Shown: positions 33,448 to 41,934, counted from the first letter of the stretch. The stretch: DNA of 64,000 nt from an uncultured candidatus Porisulfidus sp. (GCA_965204575.1 OZ241993.1:1056001-1120000), one strand, 5' to 3'. Notes: generated by a model not told the origin, from the letters alone. Made by a program: numbers and translations.

Positions 33448-33870
33448 ATGGAACCTAACATCGTTATGCATGGCCGATACATACGGGATCTATCCTTCGA
33501 GAATTTCGGTGCGCCGGCCTTGCCGGGGGACGCCGCCCCCGTCTTCGACATCGACGTCGGGGTGGAGAGCAGGCGGGCCCGGGACATGCACGAGGTGATG
33601 CTGTTCGTCCAGGTCACCGCCCGGCGCGAGGAGCAGATCGCGTTCCTGATCGAGTTGAACTACGCCGGCCTGTTCCAGGTCCAGGACCTGGACGAGCGGG
33701 AGACGCGGCGTTTCCTCCACACCGAGGCGCCGCGCATGCTGTTTCCGTTCGTCGACCGGATCTGCGCGGACGCGACCCGGGACGGCGGCCTGCCGCCGCT
33801 GGCCCTGACGACCCCGGACTTCGCCCTGCTGTACCGGGAACGCGAGGAGAAACCCGCCGCCATCGACTGA
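33448..33870 (+). CDS. secB: SecB-like export chaperone
   Basis: YIRDLSFEN, AFLIELNYAGLF, EAPRMLFPF, RDGGLPPL..DFALLY. Confidence 0.88.
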   Translation: MEPNIVMHGRYIRDLSFENFGAPALPGDAAPVFDIDVGVESRRARDMHEVMLFVQVTARREEQIAFLIELNYAGLFQVQDLDERETRRFLHTEAPRMLFPFVDRICADATRDGGLPPLALTTPDFALLYREREEKPAAID

Positions 33871-33899
33871 CTACTGAGCCTGTGTGGAAGCTCAGCCAC

Positions 33900-35312
33900 A
33901 TGCAAGAATCCCCCCCCCCCCCCTCAAACCATAACCGGCCTGAACTAGGGCCCGGCGCGGCCCGCGCGCCGGTCCTGCGCCGTCGCCGTCGCGACGGGTG
34001 GCTGCCGCCGGAGAAACGCCGTGCGCGTTCCAGGACGCGGGTGCGCCGGCAGGTGGCGGTCAACGTGCTGGGGGTGTGCTCCATGCTTTCGCACTCGGTG
34101 GCGCCGTACCTGGCGGCGGTCGCCGCGAAAAGCACCACCGCGGTCGGCGCGGTCGGCACGTTCGCCGCCCTGGCGCCCGACGAGGCGGCGGCGCAAAACC
34201 CGGGCCCGGCGGGAGCCAAGGGCGACAAGGGCGACAAGGGCCAGGTGGGCATTCCTGGACGACCGGGCGACAAGGGCGAGGAGATGGGCGCACCCCCCGG
34301 TGAGAAGGGCGCAACAGGCGTAAAGGGCTCGCCCGGCGGAGAAGGTCAGAAGGGCGATCAGGGACGGCCGGGCAATCGAGGCAGCCGAGGCATACCGGGC
34401 GAAGAGGGGGCGAAGGGCGTGCTGGGATTCAAAGGCCTTCCGGGAGGCGCTGGCGATCAGGGCTCGAAGGGCCCGAGGGGCGATCCAGGTCCGCAGGGCT
34501 CGGCGGGTGTCAAGGGCGATACGGGCCAGAAGGGCGACCCGAAGGCGATCGGTGCCAAGGGCGATACAGGCGAGGCGGGCGCACCGGGTGCACCGGGCAC
34601 GCCGGGCGCGCAGGGTTCGCAGGGCGCACAGGGCGCACAGGGCGCGCCGGGCGCACCGGGCGCATCGGGCACGCCGGGCGCCAAAGGGGAGGCAGGCGCG
34701 GGCGGCTTCGATTTTTCCGAGCAGGGGAAGGCGCGGGTCCGGGAGAAGGCCCGGGCCCTGCGGGAATCGGAGAACCCGGCCGACCAGCGGATCGGTCGGC
34801 TGCTGGAAGGCATCCTGGACGAGCTGGCGCCGGCCGCGGGGGGACAGCTGCAGTCGCTGCAGTCCGCCGGCGGGCGGGCGCTGCAGACCGAGGAGCCGGC
34901 GAGTGACAGCCTGACCCTGCTGCGGTATGCCTCCCGCTCCGACACGCCCCGGGCGGAGCAGGCCGGGGCGCTGATGGGCAGCATCTTCCTGAACCAGCGG
35001 GACATCGCCGAGAATCGCCAGAACATCGAGAAGAACCGGCAGGACATCGCCGGGCTGCGGGACGAGGACTACAGGCTGCGCAACCGCTCGCGCGAGGGGA
35101 CCGCCCTGGCCATCGCGCTCGGCGGCATCCACTTCCCGCTGGACAAGGACCGGTCCGTCTCGCTGCGCTTCGGGCGCTTCGAGGGCGAGGAGGCGCTGGC
35201 GCTGGGCGCGTCCTTCCGCCTGCGGGAGAACTGGCAGATCGATTTTGGCATGGGCCGGGGGCTGAGCTACCGGCAGAACGGCTATTCCGCCGGGCTGAGC
35301 TACAGCCGGTAG
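33900..35312 (+). CDS. Collagen-like trimeric autotransporter 1
   Basis: Long signal region ending AAA/Q; about 54 Gly-X-Y triplets (34203-34703); [15 protein letters not shown] stalk; GTALAIAL plus YadA-type beta anchor. Confidence 0.88.
   Translation: MQESPPPPSNHNRPELGPGAARAPVLRRRRRDGWLPPEKRRARSRTRVRRQVAVNVLGVCSMLSHSVAPYLAAVAAKSTTAVGAVGTFAALAPDEAAAQNPGPAGAKGDKGDKGQVGIPGRPGDKGEEMGAPPGEKGATGVKGSPGGEGQKGDQGRPGNRGSRGIPGEEGAKGVLGFKGLPGGAGDQGSKGPRGDPGPQGSAGVKGDTGQKGDPKAIGAKGDTGEAGAPGAPGTPGAQGSQGAQGAQGAPGAPGASGTPGAKGEAGAGGFDFSEQGKARVREKARALRESENPADQRIGRLLEGILDELAPAAGGQLQSLQSAGGRALQTEEPASDSLTLLRYASRSDTPRAEQAGALMGSIFLNQRDIAENRQNIEKNRQDIAGLRDEDYRLRNRSREGTALAIALGGIHFPLDKDRSVSLRFGRFEGEEALALGASFRLRENWQIDFGMGRGLSYRQNGYSAGLSYSR
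33910..33923 (+). repeat. C14 homopolymer in the first codons of autotransporter 1
   Basis: ATG CAA GAA TCC CCC CCC CCC CCC TCA, currently in frame. Confidence 0.9.
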
Positions 35313-35349
35313 GCGGCCCCTGAGACTGAACCACGAGGAGGTGAGGAAG

Positions 35350-36774
35350 ATGAGCAGCGAGGAGAAGAGGCGGCCGGATTCGGAAGACGGGCTTCCGCCC
35401 GAGTCGAGGGAGGCCGCGGGGCGCGCGCCGGTCCTGCGCCGTCGCCGTCGCGACGGGTGGCTGCCGCCGGAGAAGCGCCGTGCGCGCTCCGGGACGCGGG
35501 TGCGCCGGCAGGTGGCGGTCAACGTGCTGGGGGTGTGCTCCATGCTTTCGCACTCGGTGGCGCCGTACCTGACGGCGGTCGCCGCGAAAAGCACGACCGC
35601 GGTCGGCGCGGTCGGCACGTTCGCCGCCCTGGCGCCCGACAAGGCGGCGGCGCAGGACCCGGGCCCGCCGGGCCAGAAGGGCGAAAAGGGCGACGCGGGC
35701 GTACAGGGCGCGCCGGGTTCGCAGGGCGCGCCGGGTGGCGAAAAGGGCGGCCGGGGCGACATGGGCCAGAAGGGCGAGCCGGGTGATCCGGGCGCCACGG
35801 GCGAGAAGGGTTCGCAGGGCTCACCCGGCAGGCGTGGCATCACCGGCAACAAGGGCGAGGAGGGTGATCCGGGCGCGACAGGTAGTCAGGGTCAGAAGGG
35901 CGTTTTCGGCGAGCCGGGTGATCCGGGTCCGCAGGGCGCGGCAGGTGATCCGGGTCAGAAGGGCGCGATGGGTCAGAAGGGCGAGGCCGGCGGCCCGCCG
36001 GGCCAGAAGGGCCAAAAGGGGACAGCCGGCACAGCCGGCCCGTCGGGCGCCGCCGGTGCGCCGGGCGCAGCCGGTGCGCCGGGCGCCGCCGGTGCGCCGG
36101 GCGCTGCCGGTGCATCGGGCGCCGCCGGTGCGCCGGGCGAGAAAGGCGATGCGGGCGCGGGCGGCCTTGACTTCTCCGAGGAGGGGAAGGCGCGGATCCG
36201 GACCACGGCCCAGATCCTGCAGAAATCGGAGAATCCCGCCGACCGGCAGATCGGGGAGCTGCTCGAGGAGGTCCTGGACGAACTGGCGCCGGCCGCCGAG
36301 GGACAGCTGCAGTCGCTGCAGTCGGCCGGCGGGCAGGCGCTGCAGGCCGGGGAGGAGCCGACGGGCGACAGCCTGGCCCTGCTGCGCTACGCCGCCCGCT
36401 CCGACGTCACCGGGGCGGAGCAGGCCGGGGCGCTGGTGGGCAGCGTGCTCCTGAACCAGCGGGACATCGCCGAGAATCGCCAGAACATCGAGAAGAACCG
36501 GCAGGACATCGCCGGGCTGCGGCACCAGTACCGCGACCTGCGCGACCGCTCGCGCGAGGGGACCGCCCTGGCCATCGCGCTCGGCGGCCTGCGCGTCCCG
36601 GTGGCCCGGGACTGGGCCGTGTCGCTGCGCTTCGGGCGCTTCGAGGGCGAGGAGGCGGTCGCGCTGGGCGCGGCCTTCCGCCTGAAGGAGGGCTGGCAGG
36701 TCGATTTCGCGCTGGGCCAGGGCCTGAGTTACTCGCAGAACGGCTATGCCGGTGGCGTGAGCTACAGCTGGTAG
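35350..36774 (+). CDS. Collagen-like trimeric autotransporter 2
   Basis: Paralog of 33900-35312; about 55 Gly-X-Y triplets (35662-36162); same stalk; anchor ends GVSYSW. Confidence 0.9.
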   Translation: MSSEEKRRPDSEDGLPPESREAAGRAPVLRRRRRDGWLPPEKRRARSGTRVRRQVAVNVLGVCSMLSHSVAPYLTAVAAKSTTAVGAVGTFAALAPDKAAAQDPGPPGQKGEKGDAGVQGAPGSQGAPGGEKGGRGDMGQKGEPGDPGATGEKGSQGSPGRRGITGNKGEEGDPGATGSQGQKGVFGEPGDPGPQGAAGDPGQKGAMGQKGEAGGPPGQKGQKGTAGTAGPSGAAGAPGAAGAPGAAGAPGAAGASGAAGAPGEKGDAGAGGLDFSEEGKARIRTTAQILQKSENPADRQIGELLEEVLDELAPAAEGQLQSLQSAGGQALQAGEEPTGDSLALLRYAARSDVTGAEQAGALVGSVLLNQRDIAENRQNIEKNRQDIAGLRHQYRDLRDRSREGTALAIALGGLRVPVARDWAVSLRFGRFEGEEAVALGAAFRLKEGWQVDFALGQGLSYSQNGYAGGVSYSW

Positions 36775-36784
36775 CCCGGTCGCG

Positions 36785-37417
36785 ATGGCGGTGCGGCGGC
36801 GGGCGGCGGAGGCGGCGATGCGGCACTTGCTGACGTACGAGGGGGCACGGGCGGACGGCTGCTGGCGGGAGGTCGCCCCGGACATCCTGACCTTCCCGTT
36901 CTGGACCCCGGACTTCTGCGAGGAACTGGTGGCGGTGTCCGAGCTGCTCGACGAGTTCCGCCCGTACGCCCCCGACGTGGAGGGCAACGCCGCGCCGGGG
37001 CAGGAACTGCGGATCAACCGGATCAGCCCGCGCTTCGCGGAACAGTTCGAGACGCATTTCCAGGAGCGCGCGGCGCCGATCCTCCGCGTGCACTGGTGGC
37101 CGCTGAACCTGGGCAAGACGCGCATGCCCTTCGTGCTGCGCTACTCCGCCGACACGCAGGCCTCCCTCGACCCGCACCACGACGCCGCCATGGTGAGCCT
37201 GGCGATGCCGCTCAACGCCGGCTACGAGGGCGGGCACCTGACCTTCCCGCGCCAGCACTGGGACAGCCGCGAGGTCGAGGTCGGGCACGTGATCGCCTTT
37301 CCGAGCCGGGTCACCCACGTGCACTGGGTCACGCCGGTGACCTCCGGGACCCGCTACGCGATGACCTGCTGGCTGTCCGACCCGAACGCCCAGCCCGACG
37401 ATGCCATTCTCGCGTGA
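36785..37417 (+). CDS. 2OG-Fe(II) dioxygenase resembling the PLOD lysyl hydroxylase domain
   Basis: FPFWTPDFCEELV, FVLRYSADTQASLDPHHD, YEGGHLTFPR, FPSRVTHVH, SGTRY. Confidence 0.85.
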   Translation: MAVRRRAAEAAMRHLLTYEGARADGCWREVAPDILTFPFWTPDFCEELVAVSELLDEFRPYAPDVEGNAAPGQELRINRISPRFAEQFETHFQERAAPILRVHWWPLNLGKTRMPFVLRYSADTQASLDPHHDAAMVSLAMPLNAGYEGGHLTFPRQHWDSREVEVGHVIAFPSRVTHVHWVTPVTSGTRYAMTCWLSDPNAQPDDAILA

Positions 37418-38852
37418 GGAGCCGGCGGACGTCCCCGCCGTCCTTGTCGTCCACCTCGCGCGCCACCGGGAACGCCGCCGCCGCCTGTCCGCCCTGCTGA
37501 AGCGGCACGGGTTCGCGCACGTGAACTGGCTCGACGCGGTGGACGGCCGGGAGCTGGACCCCGCGCCGCCGTGGCGGGGCGCCGGCCTGCCGCCGGCCAA
37601 CGCCTGGCCGAACTGGGCGGATCCGTACGCCCGCCGCGCCCTGACCCTGGGCGAGGTTGCCTGTACCCTGTCGCACGTGGCCGCCTGGCGGCGCATCGCG
37701 GACGAGGGCTACCCCGCCATCGTGCTGGAGGACGATGCGCTCCCGGTGGAGCCGCTGATCCGGGACCTGCCGGACCTGCTGGCGGACCTCGATCACTTCG
37801 ACTTCGACCTGTGCTACCTCGCCCAGCGCAACGCGCCGGGGCCGAAGGCGCTGATGGGCCGGCACGTGCACCTGGTCGACTACCACCCGGTGTGGACGCT
37901 GGCCTACCTGCTGGCGCCGTCCGGCGCGGAGAAGCTGCTCGCCAGCCCCTGGCAGAGCCGGCTGGTCCCGGCCGACGAACTCCTGCCCGCCGCGTTCGGC
38001 CGGAACCGGGACCCGGAGATCAACCGGGCCTACGTCGGCGACGGCGGCATGGTGCTGTCCAGCAACCAGCGCTTCTTCACCCCGGCCGAGGGTTCGGAGA
38101 GCAGCGAGACCGAGAAGAGCCGGCCGGTGCGGGAGCCGGAATGCGGCCTGACGGGCCTGACCGTGGCGACCGAACGCCGCCCGGAACTGCAGCGCCTGCA
38201 GGAGTCCGGCCTGCGCTACGGCCTGGAGATCGAGGCCCTGGGGCTGGGCCAGCCCTGGCGCGGCGGCGAGATGTCCGAGGGCACCGGCGGGGGACAGAAG
38301 ATCAACCTGCTGCGCCCCGCCCTGCAGCGGCTGCCGCCGGAGCGGCCGGTGCTGTTCGTGGACGGCTACGACACCCTGATCTCCGGGCATGTCTCGGACA
38401 TCCTGGGCGCCTGGCGGCAGACCTGCGACGGCCCGCTGTTCGCCGCCGAGGTCTACTGCTGGCCGGATCGCGACCGGGCCGACGACTACCCTTCCGCGGC
38501 GACCCCCTACCGCTTCCTGAACTCCGGCGCCTTCATCGGCAAGGCCGGGGACCTGCTGCGCATCCTGGACGGGAAGATCGACGACCGCGCGGACGACCAG
38601 CGCTACTACACCGAGCGCTTCCTGTCCGGCCGGCACGGCATGACGCTGGACACCGAGTGCCGGGTCTTCCAGTGCCTCAACGGCGCCCTGGACGACGTGC
38701 GGGCGGACGAGGGGCGGGGCATGCTGTTCAACCGGCGCACCGAGAACTGGCCGGCGGTGATCCACGCGAACGGCCCAAGCAAGGAGTGGCTGGAGAAGGA
38801 CGGCCGGCCCGTGGGCGGCCGCTGGCGCCGCTACTACGGGGAGATGATTTGA
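37401..38852 (+). CDS. Two-domain glycosyltransferase: GT25/COLGALT-like plus PLOD3 glucosyltransferase-like
   Basis: N: AVDG, DPYARRALTLGEVACTLSH, LEDD, WTLAY..GAEKLL, PADELLP; C: TVAT, LGLGQPWRGG, GGGQK, FVDGYD, CWP, RFLNSGAFIG, DDQ, FQCLNGALD, HANGPSK. Confidence 0.88.
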   Translation: MPFSREEPADVPAVLVVHLARHRERRRRLSALLKRHGFAHVNWLDAVDGRELDPAPPWRGAGLPPANAWPNWADPYARRALTLGEVACTLSHVAAWRRIADEGYPAIVLEDDALPVEPLIRDLPDLLADLDHFDFDLCYLAQRNAPGPKALMGRHVHLVDYHPVWTLAYLLAPSGAEKLLASPWQSRLVPADELLPAAFGRNRDPEINRAYVGDGGMVLSSNQRFFTPAEGSESSETEKSRPVREPECGLTGLTVATERRPELQRLQESGLRYGLEIEALGLGQPWRGGEMSEGTGGGQKINLLRPALQRLPPERPVLFVDGYDTLISGHVSDILGAWRQTCDGPLFAAEVYCWPDRDRADDYPSAATPYRFLNSGAFIGKAGDLLRILDGKIDDRADDQRYYTERFLSGRHGMTLDTECRVFQCLNGALDDVRADEGRGMLFNRRTENWPAVIHANGPSKEWLEKDGRPVGGRWRRYYGEMI

Positions 38853-38871
38853 ATCTCTGGTTGAGGTAACG

Positions 38872-39294
38872 ATGAGCAAAAGAATTTCAGCACTGGTCAT
38901 CCTTGTCGCGCTGTCCCTGCCGCTGACCGCGCAGGCGCACGACAACCTCTTCAATCCGGGGCACCAGCACGGGCTTGAGGTCGATGCCATTTCCGAGCGC
39001 AACAGAGGGTCTTTCTGCATCGTGTTCAAGGAATCTTCGGTCGAGTGTCCAGAGAAGTACAACAGCCTCAGAGGGTGCGCGTACAAGTGCCTGTACCGGG
39101 TATGGGCGGACTGGTCGGACGACCGGGGGAGTGGCCGCGAGGTCGATCATAACTGGAGCCGCTGCCATATTGCAGGCAGTCACAACCCGGCGCTTGCGGC
39201 GGCGGAAGTCCGCATCACCAAGCCGCACTGGGCGACCGGGGCCTGGGGCGCGTATGTCCGCGCCGGGGATGACGGAGAAAAGATCGTGAGGTGA
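38872..39294 (+). CDS. Small secreted Cys-containing protein
   Basis: Sec signal MSKRISALVILVALSLPLTAQA; GAGG SD; 5 Cys. Confidence 0.7.
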   Translation: MSKRISALVILVALSLPLTAQAHDNLFNPGHQHGLEVDAISERNRGSFCIVFKESSVECPEKYNSLRGCAYKCLYRVWADWSDDRGSGREVDHNWSRCHIAGSHNPALAAAEVRITKPHWATGAWGAYVRAGDDGEKIVR

Positions 39295-39322
39295 GACTGA
39301 TGAACCCAAACAGGAGAAAATC

Positions 39323-39616
39323 ATGAAGAAAACCATACCCGCGCTGATCCTGATGCTGGCCTTGTCCCCGGCATACGGATTGGCACCTAAACCCCGACCC
39401 CTTGTGGACATCTGCAAGGATCACTTCGAAAGAAGTTCCGCCTACCAGAGTTGCACCGATATTCAATATGCGGATGTCGGCGGCGGCTACTGCAAGGTCA
39501 TGGCGTGGTGCCGCTCGGTAAATGAAACGCTATCTTCCACGTCCAAGAGGACAAAGCCGTCGGAGGCCGACGAACTGTACAACTGTCAGGGCCAGTTGAC
39601 GATCAAGGTTTGCTGA
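39323..39616 (+). CDS. Small secreted 6-Cys protein
   Basis: Sec signal MKKTIPALILMLALSPAYG; AGGAG SD; ends LYNCQGQLTIKVC. Confidence 0.75.
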   Translation: MKKTIPALILMLALSPAYGLAPKPRPLVDICKDHFERSSAYQSCTDIQYADVGGGYCKVMAWCRSVNETLSSTSKRTKPSEADELYNCQGQLTIKVC

Positions 39617-39668
39617 TGGCCGGAGCAACGAGGCTAATCGTGAGCGGCGTGTTCGCCTGACCTGGGCC

Positions 39669-40640
39669 ATGCCTTCCGGGGAACCCGTGCTGGTCACCGG
39701 CGGGGCTGGCTACGTGGGCAGCCATGTGGCGCTGGCGCTTCGCGAGGCGGGCTACCCTGCCGTGGTCCTCGACGACCTCTCCACGGGGCGGCGCGAGGCG
39801 GTGCCCGACGGGGTTGGATTCATCGAGGGCGATGTCGGCGACCGGGTCGCCGTCGGCCGCATCCTCGGGGAATCCCGCATCGCCGCCGTCGTGCATTGCG
39901 CCGCCAGCGTCAGCGTCCCCGAATCCGTGCGCGACCCGCTACGCTACTACCGCAACAACAACAGTGCGGGCACGGGCTTGGTCCGCGCCTGCGTCGAGGC
40001 CGGGGTGGGACGCTTCGTCTTCTCGTCGACCGCCTCGGTGTACGGCGTGCCGCGCACGGTGCCGATCCCCGAGGATGCCCTGACCCTCCCCATCAATCCC
40101 TACGGATGCTCCAAGCTGGCCTCCGAATGGATGCTGCGCGATGTCGCGGCGGCCCACGACTTCCGCTGCATCACGCTGCGCTGCTTCAATGCGGCCGGGG
40201 CCGACCCCCGGGGCCGGGCCGGGTCGGATGGCCCGGATTCCGGACACCTGATCGAGGTCGCCTGTGCGGCCCTCGCCGGCCGCCGCGACCGCGTCACCGT
40301 GTACGGCACGGACTACGGGACGGCGGACGGCACCTGCGTGCGGGATTACGTCCACGTGTCGGATCTCGCCGCAGCCCATGTCGCCGCGCTGCGCGAGCTC
40401 GAGGACGGGGGGGAAGGCGGCGTGTTCAACTGCGGCTACGGACGCGGCTTCTCGGTCCGCGAGGTGTTGGAGACGGTGCAGGCCGAGGCGCGCGTGCGCC
40501 TCGACATCCGCGACGGGCCGCGTCGCGCCGGCGACCCCCCGGTGCTGATCGCCGAGGCGTCGAGAATTCGACGGACGCTGCGCTGGTCGCCGCGCTTCGA
40601 CGACCTCGCCGTGATCGTCCGCACCGCACTCGCCCGCTGA
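39669..40640 (+). CDS. galE: UDP-glucose 4-epimerase
   Basis: VLVTGGAGYVGSH, FSSTASVYG, PYGCSK, DGTCVRDYVHVSDLA, RRAGDP. Confidence 0.92.
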   Translation: MPSGEPVLVTGGAGYVGSHVALALREAGYPAVVLDDLSTGRREAVPDGVGFIEGDVGDRVAVGRILGESRIAAVVHCAASVSVPESVRDPLRYYRNNNSAGTGLVRACVEAGVGRFVFSSTASVYGVPRTVPIPEDALTLPINPYGCSKLASEWMLRDVAAAHDFRCITLRCFNAAGADPRGRAGSDGPDSGHLIEVACAALAGRRDRVTVYGTDYGTADGTCVRDYVHVSDLAAAHVAALRELEDGGEGGVFNCGYGRGFSVREVLETVQAEARVRLDIRDGPRRAGDPPVLIAEASRIRRTLRWSPRFDDLAVIVRTALAR

Positions 40641-40684
40641 AACCGGCTTCCCGTCGCCGGGACCAGGCGAAGGCCGCGCCCGTG

Positions 40685-41035
40685 TGACCGGGGTCCGTAT
40701 CCGGGCAGGGCCACGTCTTCGGGCGTGTAATGGCGCAGGAACGGCTTGCCGGGCGTGCCGCGGCGGTTGTCGAGCCTGCCGCTCTCGCGGCATCATGCGA
40801 GCAGCCGGGTCAACTGCGCCCGCGACAGCCCGGTGGCCTTGCCCAGGTATGCCTTGAACGCCCCCTTGTCGGCCTTGCCCAGGTGCGGGCAGTCAAACTG
40901 CCGGCAGGTGGCTTCGGTGAAGCGGCAGGCGTCGCAGCGGGAGACCGGCTCCAGGTCGAACGAGTCGTTGCCGGCGGTGAAGTCGCGCAGGTCCTGCAGG
41001 GTCCGGATGCGTCGGGTGTTTAGCTTCAAGATCAT
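40685..41035 (-). pseudogene. N-terminal remnant of an integrase-core-type IS transposase
   Basis: IRTLQDLRDF..FDCPHLGKADKG..YLGKATGLSRAQLTRL, in-frame TGA at 40793-40795, then PFLRHYTPEDVAL. Confidence 0.6.
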
Positions 41036-41307
41036 CCTTCGGATGATCCCGCAGCCCTTCAGGCTCCTGTCTCGTTGGAAATGGTATGAAGGCCGCCTTG
41101 GTTTTGGCGGGCGGATCATCAGGAGAGAGAGGCGAACCCTCCAGCCTGGTTGCTGGAAACCGATATTGTCCACCTGGGGCACTTTAGATGCCGTACCGGA
41201 CTGCTGGAGGGTTCGCCTCCTCATCCGATCAGATCCAGGCCGGGCGGCCTTTATAATGGCAATCCACAAATGACGGGCTTCGGAAGCATCGGAGCATCGG
41301 CCAAACA

Positions 41308-41934
41308 ATGGAAGGACCCGACATCGTCTGCGTTCACCAGACCAACTTCCTGGAAAAGGAGGAAGCGCTCCGCCTGCGCGACCAGATGGCCCAGGCCATC
41401 TCCCTGCACGGAAGCCAGGGGACCGTGGGCAGCAGAGACGGGAATTTCAGCGTCGACAAAACCTACCGGAACTCCAAGATCTACTTCCTCGACCCGTGGA
41501 ACCCGCCCGACTGCATGGACGGCGACCTGGTGCGGGCGGTGTTCTACAAGATCGCCGGGTTTGCGGAAATCGCCTGCCGCACCACCCTCAAGCACCTTGA
41601 CATCCGCCTGAACGATCTCGCCGGCACCCCGCTTCAACTCGGCCGCTACCGGGTGGGCGAGCGGTACGAGGAGCATTCCGACAACAGCGAGAGTTCGCAT
41701 AAGGGGCGGCTGCTCTCGATCTCCGTGACCGTCTCGAGCGCCCGCGAGGGCGGCCACCTCTTGCTCAGGCGGCTTCCTCCGAGCAGTCCGGCGGTCGAGG
41801 AAATCCGGCAGGACCGGGCCATCGTCGCCTTTCCGAGCTGGGAACGGCACAGCGTGAGCGCCGTCGAGCAAGGGGAACGCTATTCGATCGTGACGTGGTT
41901 CGAAGGCACGCGCGGAAGCCCGGGGCAGCGGTGA
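41308..41934 (+). CDS. 2OG-Fe(II) oxygenase (prolyl-hydroxylase-like superfamily)
   Basis: RYRVGERYEEHSD (HxD), RLLSISV, EGGHL, AFPSWERHSV, GERYSIVTWF. Confidence 0.8.
   Translation: MEGPDIVCVHQTNFLEKEEALRLRDQMAQAISLHGSQGTVGSRDGNFSVDKTYRNSKIYFLDPWNPPDCMDGDLVRAVFYKIAGFAEIACRTTLKHLDIRLNDLAGTPLQLGRYRVGERYEEHSDNSESSHKGRLLSISVTVSSAREGGHLLLRRLPPSSPAVEEIRQDRAIVAFPSWERHSVSAVEQGERYSIVTWFEGTRGSPGQR

Noticed and set aside
36040-36140. 18-nt tandem repeats as possible CRISPR or VNTR element
   Set aside because: They encode GAAGAP collagen triplets; no unique spacers or cas genes
33945-37125. Long antisense and alternate-frame ORFs over the collagen genes (635 aa, 434 aa)
   Set aside because: Shadow ORFs of GC-rich repetitive coding sequence; no motifs
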